Assembly: GCA_963755715.1 (NCBI GenBank)
Contig: CAVWLW010000069.1
Coordinates: 128,001 to 192,000 of the forward strand
DNA from: an uncultured delta proteobacterium
GTDB lineage: Bacteria > Desulfobacterota > Binatia > UBA9968
DNA length: 64,000 bases
Direction: 5' to 3'
The position numbers were made by a program, and so were the translations under genes. This document shows positions 12,692 through 21,719 of this stretch, one piece after another. The stretch's first letter is position 1, and the number at the start of each line of letters is the position of its first letter. Below the pieces are notes generated by a model. It was given only the letters and a program-made list of their open reading frames with translations, was not told the origin of the DNA and did no database searches.

Positions 12692-13111
12692 CGTCCTTGC
12701 TCTAGCTAAAAACTGCCCCACTGGCCAAGCCCCCCATCAACAACGGTTTCGGGATGCGTACTCGGTATCTCTCAACGATCGATCATTCCGCCCGGTAGAT
12801 TAACTTGCCTCGCAAGTTGGCTTGCCAGCCGGAGCGCTCGCGTCGCTGACGCACCGGATTCACGGCCGCTCCACTCAAAAGCGACGACATGAAAACACCG
12901 CCAGCGCCAATACCGCGAGAGCGATGAGGAAGCTCAACGGGTTAGATGCCCAAGATACTTAGCCTCTTTGACTTGGCCTGAGGTGAAAAGGGTGCAGAAA
13001 TTATACCAATTTCCTGCTTGAGAAAAGTTCCGTTAATCCTGGTAGTTCGGCTCTTTGAGGATAAGTCTTACACACTATTTTGGAGGACTTTGACTGACAA
13101 GCAGTCGTTTA

Positions 13112-13969
13112 TCATACACGAGGTCGCCCAACCTTGCTTAATGACTCATTGCTTGTCTTTTGCGGCGTTGAGCCATCCGTTGCTGCATTCCACTGAGCCG
13201 TTTCTTCCGCGGTCATGGATCCGAACGGAGGTTGGCGCGCATCCTGGTAACCCCAATCCTCAACGTCGGTGCGGTATTGTGAGCGCGACAAGAGCGTGCC
13301 CCGACAGACGTGATTTCTCGCTAGCGGTTGCGCTTGCTCCGCTTCGAGCCGCTGGAGGAGGTCGCGAATTAACCATCCGGGAATCACGGATCGTTCCGAC
13401 GGATAGATGAAATCGAAAAGGATCAAATGACTCAACAGGACATGCCAATGAGTCTCAAAACGCCGTAGCAGGCGCGGCCAATCCAATCGATCGCCGCGCG
13501 CGCGAATGACGTGGGCGACGTCCGCACCGTCATAGCGTTCGCGCTCCATAACGAAAGTCTTGCTCCAGATCAGTTCTTCCGCCGGACAAAGATTTACTTT
13601 CATGCCGAGAGTCTCGCCGGGGACCGAATGCTCGAACCAGCTATCATCGACAGCACAGATACCATTACCCGAGCTAAAAATGATATCGATAAAATCCCTG
13701 CCGCTAAAAACCTTGGCGAGCCAATGCGGAAATGATAACTCAGTAAGGAAACCTTTGTCGCTGAGCCATTCGAGAAGACTCGATAGGTCCGCACGCCGCA
13801 CGAACAGATCCAAATCCTTGCTCACTCGAAGCGCGCCCGCGTATTGCTCCAGCGCATGCCCGCCGCCGACCAAATAATGAAACCCGCCCTCGTTTAGGAA
13901 TTCGAGTACGGCCCGATAAAAGCGCTGCTGATTATCGGTCGAGGATAGCGGGACAAGTTTGGCTTTCAT
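13112..13969 (-). CDS. Nucleotidyltransferase family protein (Pol-beta superfamily)
   Basis: LVGGGHAL...KDLDLFV (GG..DxD), ERERYDGADV and CRGTLLSRSQY. Confidence 0.8.
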   Translation of the reverse strand: MKAKLVPLSSTDNQQRFYRAVLEFLNEGGFHYLVGGGHALEQYAGALRVSKDLDLFVRRADLSSLLEWLSDKGFLTELSFPHWLAKVFSGRDFIDIIFSSGNGICAVDDSWFEHSVPGETLGMKVNLCPAEELIWSKTFVMERERYDGADVAHVIRARGDRLDWPRLLRRFETHWHVLLSHLILFDFIYPSERSVIPGWLIRDLLQRLEAEQAQPLARNHVCRGTLLSRSQYRTDVEDWGYQDARQPPFGSMTAEETAQWNAATDGSTPQKTSNESLSKVGRPRV

Positions 13970-13978
13970 CAGCCGTTC

Positions 13979-14699
13979 CTAGGTTTCGGGTATTTCAATC
14001 AGGCGAAACGGCGGTTGATTGGGAAATGTATGCTGCAAAAGTTTCATGGCGACATTGTAAACCGGCACGTCATTCTTTGTCCGCCCTTCGGGTGAACCAC
14101 GATGCGCATGACCATGGAACACGGCAGTCACAGGATAGCGATTGAGTGGCTCTTCGAGTCGGCTGGAGCCGAGGAAAGGAAAAATTTCAAGCGGCTCACC
14201 CATGACCGTGGCCTGGATCGGCGCATAGTGAAGCAGAACGATGCGTTTATCCGAACGAAGCCGAGCGAGAGCGCGTTCGAGCTTGAGAGCTTCCGAGATC
14301 GCCTCATGCACAAACCGCTTGATCATTTCCTCGCCCCACGGCCCAAGTGCGCGCTCGCCAAAGCCGCCGCAGAATCCTTTTACGCCGGCGAAGCCAATCC
14401 CCAGGACTTCACGGGCGTCACCGTCTAAAAACAACGCGCCGGCTTCCGAGAGTATCCTGACTACAGCCTCTTGTTTTCCCGACTCATATTCGTGGTTCCC
14501 GAGCACGGCGAGGACGGGAATTCTCAAGTTAGATATTTCCTTCGCGATCAACCACCGCTTCTTCGGGCAAGCCGTAGTCGACAATATCGCCACACATTAA
14601 AAGCATATCGGCTTGCTTCGCGATCTGCGCGAACAATCCCGGCATGCTCTCATAGGAGGCGCTATTACAGTGAATGTCCCCGATCGCGGCAACGCGCAT
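13979..14699 (-). CDS. Calcineurin-like metallophosphoesterase, one frameshift near 14553
   Basis: GDIH and CGDIVD in the upstream frame; VLGNHE, LLHYAP and FHGHAH in the downstream frame. Confidence 0.88.
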
Positions 14700-14766
14700 G
14701 ATGGTTTTTTCTTTCACCGCGGGCGAAAAAATCTCGCCTCTTGGCAATTACGAAGATCGCCGGATC

Positions 14767-14934
14767 CTAGTGCCACGTTTCCGACCGCTTTGCGGATTGG
14801 CCGAACAGATCGGAGAGAATATAGGCCGCCAAAACATGCGCATCGATCTTATTTTGCACCACCCTTTCAGTTTCTTCTGTCAGGGCAAACATCAACTCTC
14901 CCAAGGTAGCCCCCGAATACTCGTCGCGTTGCAT
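14767..14934 (-). CDS. Small hypothetical protein (55 aa)
   Basis: MQRDEYSGATLGELMFALTEE...; GGAGG RBS before ATG 14934 and a sigma-54 motif directly upstream. Confidence 0.65.
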   Translation of the reverse strand: MQRDEYSGATLGELMFALTEETERVVQNKIDAHVLAAYILSDLFGQSAKRSETWH

Positions 14935-14977
14935 ATTTTGGTCCTCCATGAATTGGCTTACCGGCGCAGAGGTAAAC

Positions 14978-14993
14978 CGCAAGTCGCATGCCA
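14978..14993 (-). promoter_or_regulatory. Sigma-54 -24/-12 promoter
   Basis: Minus strand TGGCATGCGACTTGCG with correct GG-N10-GC spacing. Confidence 0.7.
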
Positions 14994-15137
14994 GAATTTG
15001 TCGTGACCCGATGCTGATTCGCAAAGCCATTTAGGCCGGAAAGTGAGGCAAATAATTTACTTGAAGGGATTTTGCTGACGGAACCGCAGCAATTTTACTT
15101 CACAGCTTTGAAGTTCACCTACGCGCAGGGTCGCGCG

Positions 15138-15794
15138 CTAGCCGCTTGCTTCCATGCTCGAAATGCCGTGGCGCGCAAAGCGATTTTCCAAGCTGCGCTG
15201 CGTCGACAAGACCTTGGTGGCGTATTGCAGCGGCAGCGTTTGCTTCGCCGCGATCATTTTGCTGACCCAGGTTGGGCCGGCATTGTAAGCCGTCAAAGCG
15301 ATCTTGAGATCGCCGAAGAGGTCTTTCATATGGGCCAAATAAGAGGCGCCGACTTTCACATTGACAACCGGATCTTTGAGATTAAGTTTTCGGTTCTTGT
15401 CCGCAGGTGAAATTTTTCCCTCTTCGACCAAGGCGGCGACTACAATGGGTTGTACCTGCATGAGACCGAGTGCGCCTTGAGGCGACACGGCTTTTTGATC
15501 GAAGCGACTCTCCACCTCGATAATCGCCATGACGAGCATGGGATCGAGTGAGTGTTTTTCGCTCTCGTTTGCGATACTGCGAGTTAATCGCGCCAGAGCC
15601 TCATCGCTCATCTGGACTTCTTGCAAGTCCAGCGCCGAGCGAATCTTCGACAGGTGGTAATCTTTCAAGGCTTGAGCCTGCGCGCTGTCACCGATCAAGG
15701 GTGCCGGATTGAGCAAGGTGAGACTAAAAATCGTGATAAATGGTCGCTGCAACAAGGATCGAAGCGACCATCGGAAGAGGTTGGGGTCCGTCAT
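15138..15794 (-). CDS. Lytic transglycosylase (SLT domain)
   Basis: AIIEVESRF, GALGLMQV and ALTAYNAGP; start chosen at ATG 15794 (GGGGG RBS), downstream of the sigma-54 site. Confidence 0.9.
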   Translation of the reverse strand: MTDPNLFRWSLRSLLQRPFITIFSLTLLNPAPLIGDSAQAQALKDYHLSKIRSALDLQEVQMSDEALARLTRSIANESEKHSLDPMLVMAIIEVESRFDQKAVSPQGALGLMQVQPIVVAALVEEGKISPADKNRKLNLKDPVVNVKVGASYLAHMKDLFGDLKIALTAYNAGPTWVSKMIAAKQTLPLQYATKVLSTQRSLENRFARHGISSMEASG

Positions 15795-15896
15795 ATCGAT
15801 CCCCCTTTCGTGTAGATTCGGCTCGAAACACCGGAGCGGCGCGCACATTTCTCTTTCGCGTCCTCGATCCGGCATCCTCAAGCACAATGATACCAA

Positions 15897-15912
15897 GGCA
15901 AGGACGATGCCA
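15897..15912 (-). promoter_or_regulatory. Sigma-54 -24/-12 promoter
   Basis: Minus strand TGGCATCGTCCTTGCC. Confidence 0.65.
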
Positions 15913-16048
15913 CTGTATCGAGGTGCATTCGATGCTGAATACAAAGAACTTTCATAAAGAAAGAGCAGAAAAAATTACTGGCCGAAGGAAATTTTTAACA
16001 ATCTGATATCGCCGGCCTGTAGATCGCGCGTCGATGAAAGACTTATGA

Positions 16049-17113
16049 CTAAATTTCGCTAAAAAAACACGAACCCAGAACCGCTAGTTTCCTTTCATAA
16101 GAATCGGCATCGAGAAACCATAGGGTAGCCGCAATGCTACTCAGTAAAGAATTGCCGTCCTGAGGCGTAAAGCACATGCCGATCACCTCGCGCTCGCCGC
16201 GCAAGGCGAGACTTTGGTTGACAATGACCGTTTGATTAAGAATTCGGCCGAATAGGCCGTGATCGCGACCGAAAGAGAACACCGCCGCGGAGGATTTTTT
16301 ATTCGTCAGCGCGATTCGCGCGTTGGCTTTGAGCCGCTGAGTCACGTCTTTCAACGTGATCGGGCGGCGCAGCATCATATCGAAGTGGATGGTATGCATA
16401 TACTGCGTGTTCAGCTTCAAAGCGGAAGAGTAAATGTTCAAATCCAGCCCGAGAGTTTTGAAAAGGTGGTGCGCGTCTCGCCCCTGGTGTGTGCCAAACG
16501 TCTGATCATCATGTTTTCCCACTTCCGGCGCAGGAAGAAATTCGCCGTCCTCACTCAAATCATTAGCGCGGCGCATGCATACGAACTTCGCCTCTTCCAA
16601 GTTGTCTTCCTTTTCCGGCCCAAGCGCGATCGTATCGATCAGCGCGGCCAAGTTATGTGTGTTGCAACTGACAATTTGGATAAACCGATCGTTTTTCCGG
16701 TCCAGGGCTGGGTCGTTGATGCCGTACGCATACATCTTGCCGAAGCCAAATTCGCTGCCCTGAGCAATAAAGCCGGAGCCATTATTCGCATACCGGTTGT
16801 AATATTTCGCTTTGTTTTCATTTCCCACCGGAGTGCAATCGATCACCACTTTAGCGCGTTCGATGGCCTGCTCAGCTTCGTAACAAGGCTCCATGTCCAA
16901 CTCTTTGAAGCGCTGCCAGCAATCCTTATCGACCGCGAGCTTTACGCCATGACGGCTCAAGGCGGCGATCTTCGAACGGTCGGTGACAAGCGGCGTGCGT
17001 TTGTGAAAAGTGATCTCGTCGATGCCTAACTTTTCTCTGAAGGACGCCATCAAACCAATGAGAGGCTCACCAATGGTCCCGGTGCCTACCACATGCACGA
17101 CATTTTTTTCCAT
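16049..17113 (-). CDS. Archaeal-type (class II) glyceraldehyde-3-phosphate dehydrogenase-like protein
   Basis: Rossmann VVGTGTIG, VIDCTP, catalytic IVSCNT, RRAND and THQGRDA, resembling archaeal SCNT/RRxxD/SHHGxD; GGAGG RBS. Confidence 0.75.
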   Translation of the reverse strand: MEKNVVHVVGTGTIGEPLIGLMASFREKLGIDEITFHKRTPLVTDRSKIAALSRHGVKLAVDKDCWQRFKELDMEPCYEAEQAIERAKVVIDCTPVGNENKAKYYNRYANNGSGFIAQGSEFGFGKMYAYGINDPALDRKNDRFIQIVSCNTHNLAALIDTIALGPEKEDNLEEAKFVCMRRANDLSEDGEFLPAPEVGKHDDQTFGTHQGRDAHHLFKTLGLDLNIYSSALKLNTQYMHTIHFDMMLRRPITLKDVTQRLKANARIALTNKKSSAAVFSFGRDHGLFGRILNQTVIVNQSLALRGEREVIGMCFTPQDGNSLLSSIAATLWFLDADSYERKLAVLGSCFFSEI

Positions 17114-17192
17114 CCGGCCTCCAGCGCTGGTTGATTATTCATTGGCTCCTGCTCGAGGCCGATCTTCAATCCCACTCGGCCGTCGTTTTTAG

Positions 17193-17855
17193 CTATGACT
17201 TTTGTTTTTTTGCCGCTGTGTCGAACTGCTTGTCTTTCATCTGACGGAGTAGATCGGCAAACGACGACCGAGCTATCACGCGGGTAAATTGCGATCGGTA
17301 ATTATTGACGATGCTGACGTTCTCGATGACGACGTCATAAATTTTCCAATCACTACCCGACTGGAGAAGTTTATAGCTGACGCTGGTTTCTTCGCCTTTG
17401 TTGCTGGTGATCTTGGTGTCCACTTGAGCGTACTCGCCGTCCTGTTTGTCGCCCGTAAAAACGACCTTTTCGCCGTTGTAGGAGTTCAGGTTGCTGGCGT
17501 AGGAAGATTCGATTAGCTCGGTAAACAATTTGACAAATTCCCGCTGCTCTTCGGGGTTGCGGCGTTGCCAGTCGGAGCCGAGCGAGCGTTTAGCCATTTC
17601 GGCGAAGTCGAACTTCGGAAAAATCACTTGCCTCAGTTGTTCGATGCGCTCGCTTTTCTTCGCTTCCGGTTTGAGGTTTGGATCTTTCAGGATAGCGATG
17701 ACCTTTTCGACCGAGCTTTGAATTTGCTCGCGCGGAGTAGCGGCGCCGGCTCGATCGACGATCATCAATAATGCAAAAACAATCGCTGCCAAAAGGAATC
17801 GGAATCGAAACCTGAAACCGGCAGATTCATGTCGACAAATAATTGTTGTAGTCAT
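17193..17855 (-). CDS. mlaC: MlaC/Ttg2D (HpnM-like) periplasmic lipid-binding protein
   Basis: Signal peptide, FDFAEMAKRSLG and WKIYDVVIENVSIVNNYRSQF. Confidence 0.88.
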   Translation of the reverse strand: MTTTIICRHESAGFRFRFRFLLAAIVFALLMIVDRAGAATPREQIQSSVEKVIAILKDPNLKPEAKKSERIEQLRQVIFPKFDFAEMAKRSLGSDWQRRNPEEQREFVKLFTELIESSYASNLNSYNGEKVVFTGDKQDGEYAQVDTKITSNKGEETSVSYKLLQSGSDWKIYDVVIENVSIVNNYRSQFTRVIARSSFADLLRQMKDKQFDTAAKKQKS

Positions 17856-17915
17856 CGTCGGACCTCGCAGAATAAATAGAATGGGTAAATGAAATCGTTG
17901 CCCGGCCCCTGAAGC

Positions 17916-17931
17916 AGCAACGCCTGTGCCA
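17916..17931 (-). promoter_or_regulatory. Sigma-54 -24/-12 promoter
   Basis: Minus strand TGGCACAGGCGTTGCT, a consensus match about 60 nt upstream of the mlaC-like start. Confidence 0.8.
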
Positions 17932-18132
17932 ATACTTGGAACGAGCGCGGATTTATTGAACTTTGTCTGCAGTTGTTGGATTATCCAGAAAAACGTTTTG
18001 AGCCTTTGTCAGGTTTTTCCAGACGGCCGAGAAGGAGATTGACTGCGGTCAGACATGGCTCGATAGAGTGAAGGTAAAAACCGCTCAAAGCCCTTGGCCC
18101 GACAATCTTGCAACGAAAATCGGCGTTGCAGT

Positions 18133-18555
18133 TTACTGCAATGACGCCCAATCCGACTTCAATCTACTGAAAAATCGGGGTCTTCGCTGCGACTCACTTA
18201 AGAAGGTTTGTAAGCTTGCGACGACCTGCGGTGACCGGCTTTCTTCCGGGATCTGGAAAAGCCCCAGCCACTGGGTCGCGCGGCCGATTGCAACGCGGCT
18301 CGAAAACACCGAGAGCGGCAAGGAAAAAATCAGCGGAAGCGATACCGGAAACAGCCACCAAGCGAGAATCGGACTCAAATAGTAAGCACCGATTAGCCAT
18401 CCAGAGGCCAACAGCGTGGAAAAACCGTGGTGCTCAAGCGCTTCGCGCCAACCCGTCTCGCTATCGTTACGCCGCTGCGCCGTCCATTTTATTTGCCGGC
18501 CGAGCAAAGTCAGCAGAACAAATTTACTGTGAAACCACATGCGGATCGGCGCCAT
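18133..18555 (-). pseudogene. opgH: 3' remnant of glucan biosynthesis glucosyltransferase H
   Basis: MAPIRMWFHSKFVLLTLLGRQIKWTAQRR...PLSVFSSRVAIG...GLFQIPEE resembles the MdoH/OpgH C-terminal membrane region; no GT2 domain is present. Confidence 0.8.
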
Positions 18556-18810
18556 CAAAGTTCTTCGGCCTGGCGTTTGGCGTCGCTGGTGTCCCGCCAC
18601 AAGGACCGTTTCGTATCAAAACGAATGTCGCGATATTCGTCATACGATAAGCCCGTCAGAAACTCGGGAATCGGCGGCGGAGCGCGAAATGATTCCGCCG
18701 CGAGCTTCTTGGCTCGATCCGCGACGCAGTCAAAACCAAACGGTTCCTTGGCGTGTAGAGGACGTCGAGAGGATTGTAATGAAAGCTACAACGAGAATCT
18801 TAGCGGCATG
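18555..18810 (-). pseudogene. opgG: 5' remnant of periplasmic glucan biosynthesis protein G/D
   Basis: Manual translation: FGFDCVADRAKKLAAESFRAPPPIPEFLTGLSYDEYRDIRFDTKRSLWRD, then a stop; matches the OpgG/D N-terminal YxxYRDIRF...LW motif. Confidence 0.8.
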
Positions 18811-18917
18811 CAAACCTGACCCCGCAAGGTATCACCATTGAGCTTAGCGAATGACGCGCGCCAGCCGCGCATAGGCTAGTGTAAAACTATCCGAGCGCTG
18901 TCCTGACAGTCGGCGCT

Positions 18918-19067
18918 TTACAACCAGCTCTCGAATTCGTCACTTTGGCAATCGACCTGGTGTTGGCGCAGACGGTCCCAAGATTCAAAGCAGCCACCAC
19001 AACCGTCACACTCGAAAGATAAATTTTTCCGCTTCTCGGTTTCCGTCTCGTCATTCTTACTTTCCAT
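18918..19067 (-). CDS. Small C2HC zinc-finger-like protein (49 aa), below the ORF-track cutoff
   Basis: MESKNDETETEKRKNLSFECDGCGGCFESWDRLRQHQVDCQSDEFESWL; GGGGA RBS; sigma-54 promoter upstream. Confidence 0.65.
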   Translation of the reverse strand: MESKNDETETEKRKNLSFECDGCGGCFESWDRLRQHQVDCQSDEFESWL

Positions 19068-19175
19068 ACTTGTCCCCATGAAGATTTCCTAAAACTTTCT
19101 CGTTACTGCTGTAAAAACTATTTTGTGAAGGGCAGTCAGCCTCTCATGCGCAACGCGGCAACTGCTACTGGACTC

Positions 19176-19191
19176 AGCAACCGGTGTGCCA
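19176..19191 (-). promoter_or_regulatory. Sigma-54 -24/-12 promoter
   Basis: Minus strand TGGCACACCGGTTGCT, a consensus match. Confidence 0.78.
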
Positions 19192-19502
19192 GTCCAAATC
19201 GTTTCGCGAATTATCGGGTTGTCCGGTAGTTAACAGCGCATCATAGGTCGGAAAGATTTGATCGTGCGGATAAATGCCTACAGAAGCGTATGTCTTTTGC
19301 CTTTACCCGCTTATTTTTTCCATTCTTAGACGATGCGCGCACCCAAATATTACGCGCGAGCCCGCGTCATAGTTTTGAGGCATACGCTACGCAGCGATGG
19401 CAGGACGTCATAGAGGAGTGTGAGTAAATTCGACTCGCCGCGAAAACCAGATCGACAAAGGGGATTATAGCCGCGACACATGATAGGTAACTGAATTCCC
19501 AC

Positions 19503-19546
19503 GGAGAAGGAAGGTGCCCGGTCGTGCCCGCTGGTATTCAAAACAG
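19503..19546 (+). repeat. Degenerate copy of the tRNA-Sec 5' half (attL-like)
   Basis: GGAGAAGGAAGGTGCCCGGTCGTGCCCGCTGGTATTCAAAACAG aligns with 22045-22088 with a few differences. Confidence 0.85.
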
Positions 19547-19576
19547 GTCGATAGGGTTTTCAGGAATGTAGCAACG

Positions 19577-19612
19577 ACGGAGAGTTAGCGTTGACTCTCC
19601 GTTTTTGTTTTC
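19577..19612 (+). terminator. Intrinsic terminator
   Basis: ACGGAGAGT-TAGCGTTG-ACTCTCCGT hairpin followed by TTTTGTTTT. Confidence 0.75.
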
Positions 19613-19772
19613 GATTCTCGCCCGAATAGATTTTTCGATTCCCTGTTCAGATTTTCACATCGGCAGTCGTTTTTTCGGGTAAATTGCTACGAGAATTGTT
19701 ACAAGGCAAGAGGCGTTAAAAAAATTTTGGCCCCGAGAGAGACATGCGCGGCGAAGCCCGCATGATCCCTCT

Positions 19773-21050
19773 GTGCTACGCTCGGATAATATTAGCGCGC
19801 ACCGTGTAGGGAATGGAATTATGATGCTCTGTTGGGCTTATAGGCGATCTGGAACTGATCTACTCTTACGCATGCTAACAGTGGCATTGCTTGCCTGGCC
19901 AATAACGGGTGCGCTGCCAGCGACGGAGTCAGAGCAGCGCACGTCAAGAACGATTCGAGTCGGCCAGGACTACCCTGTCAAGACGATTGCGGCTGCCGCT
20001 CGGTTGGCCCAAGACGGGGACATCATCGAAATCACAGCGGGCGACTACGTAGGAGACACAGCCGTCTGGACACAGACGGACCTAAAAATTCGCGGTATCA
20101 ATGGCCGCCCGCGCTTGATTGCTGAGGGCAAGGCAGCCGAGGAGAAAGGTATTTGGGTCATACGCGGGGGCGACATCCTAGTAGAAAACATCGAATTTAC
20201 GGGCGCAAGAGTAGCCAATCGGAACGGCGCCGGGATCAGGTTTGAGCGCGGAAAATTGAAAGTACGCAAGTGTGTTTTTAAGGATAACGAAAATGGCATG
20301 CTGGTCGGCAATGATCCTTCCATGATTTTGGAGATTGAAGATTCGGAGTTTGGCGATAACGGTGCTGGGGACGGGCAGAGCCACAATCTCTACGTCGGAA
20401 CAATAGAGCGCTTTGTTGTACAAGGAAGTTACTTCCATCATGCCCGTGTAGGGCATCTTCTAAAGACGCGCGCCCGGGAAAACTTCATTTACTATAACCG
20501 CCTCACCGATGAGCCCGGTGGACGTGCAAGTTACGAATTGGAGTTTCCAGCGGGTGGCCTGGCTTTTGTTGTTGGTAACCTGATCGAGCAAGGCGAGAAA
20601 ACAGAGAACCCAACTATAATTTCTTTCGGTGCCGAAGGCTATAAGTGGTCGCGAAACGATCTTTACCTTTCACATAATACGATCGTGAATGATAGAATTG
20701 AGGGCGGCGTTTTTATCCTGGCGCGCCCGGGATCTGCGTATGTGAAGGCTTTAAATAATGTCCTGGTCGGCAAAGGAGATCTCGATCTCAAGACCCGAGC
20801 GGACATCGGCCAAAATTGGAGACTGGATCGGAGCGAGTTCGTGCTTCCGGAAGGATTCGACTTTAGACTGAAACCAGATTCGCAGGCTGCAGGGAAGGCC
20901 GATGATCCGGGAGAGGCAATGGGAGCTTCGCTTCGCCCCACTCGAGAATACAGTTATCGGGTCGGCACCGAACTCCTCCCCCTGACTAGCTCGTTTAATC
21001 CTGGAGCGTTTCAGACTAGATCCCGAAAAAATGACCCTGCCTTACCTTAA
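19773..21050 (+). CDS. Secreted right-handed parallel beta-helix (pectin-lyase fold) protein; true start is probably later
   Basis: Signal-like segment, TIAAAARLAQDGDIIEITAGDY, NGAGIR, NENG, GQSHNLYVG, GHLLKTRA and DFRLKPDS. Confidence 0.8.
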   Translation: MLRSDNISAHRVGNGIMMLCWAYRRSGTDLLLRMLTVALLAWPITGALPATESEQRTSRTIRVGQDYPVKTIAAAARLAQDGDIIEITAGDYVGDTAVWTQTDLKIRGINGRPRLIAEGKAAEEKGIWVIRGGDILVENIEFTGARVANRNGAGIRFERGKLKVRKCVFKDNENGMLVGNDPSMILEIEDSEFGDNGAGDGQSHNLYVGTIERFVVQGSYFHHARVGHLLKTRARENFIYYNRLTDEPGGRASYELEFPAGGLAFVVGNLIEQGEKTENPTIISFGAEGYKWSRNDLYLSHNTIVNDRIEGGVFILARPGSAYVKALNNVLVGKGDLDLKTRADIGQNWRLDRSEFVLPEGFDFRLKPDSQAAGKADDPGEAMGASLRPTREYSYRVGTELLPLTSSFNPGAFQTRSRKNDPALP

Positions 21051-21212
21051 CGATCAGGTCGCCGCGGCAGAATCCAAAAACCAAATTTGAACCGGCGGCC
21101 AGACTCTTACGCCTGCGTCGCGCTATGCGCCGTCCTAACCTTCCTAAATCGCAACTCTCGCGTAAATTTCCGTCATGATGATCGATGCGTGGCCGAGCAG
21201 CTTTTGAATCAG

Positions 21213-21494
21213 TTACGGGTGCGACGCAGGAAGCGAGCCGCACTGTTCAACGCGCCTTCCACTAGGTTCGACATAGATAATGCAGGCTGAGCGGCGTTCG
21301 ACAGCGGTTTCACCGGATAATATCGAGACGGCGCCGCACATCATAGCGCCAAGCGGTGAGCACGGCTCTTCCAATATGCGAGCGTTAGCTGGTATCGGTG
21401 CCGTATCGAGAGGGTGAGTTTGAGACTGGGGCGCGCACGCGATCGGGAAAACAACTGCCACGAGCGTGAGAAAAACTTTAAGTCCGCGCGCCAC
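21213..21494 (-). CDS. Small Cys-rich putative lipoprotein
   Basis: C-terminal part of ORF 21213..21683 from GTG 21494: hydrophobic stretch, IAC lipobox and four further Cys. Confidence 0.5.
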   Translation of the reverse strand: MARGLKVFLTLVAVVFPIACAPQSQTHPLDTAPIPANARILEEPCSPLGAMMCGAVSILSGETAVERRSACIIYVEPSGRRVEQCGSLPASHP

Positions 21495-21719
21495 TACAGA
21501 TTCTTCTTTCCAAACACCCGTCAGCCGACGAGAATCGCCAGATGGGCATACACCAATCCAAAAGCAATACCTTACCACGAAACCGAATGGGCGAATCCAC
21601 CTGGCGACAATGACCAACGCCAGCACGTTAGCAAAGAAAAGATAGATGTAAAACTTGAGCGCGTACAATACTTGAAGAGCCAAATCGGGGGGTCAGAAAT
21701 GGCCCCCGCGGTAAACCCA

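Noticed and set aside
12811-12827. Sigma-54-like TGGCAAGCCAACTTGC upstream of the response regulator
   Set aside because: The GG-to-GC spacing is one base too long, and RpoN spacing is strict.
12850-12960. Hydrophobic lipobox-like peptide (FLIALAVLALAVFSC) on the minus strand
   Set aside because: No convincing start and an immediate stop; cannot be supported.
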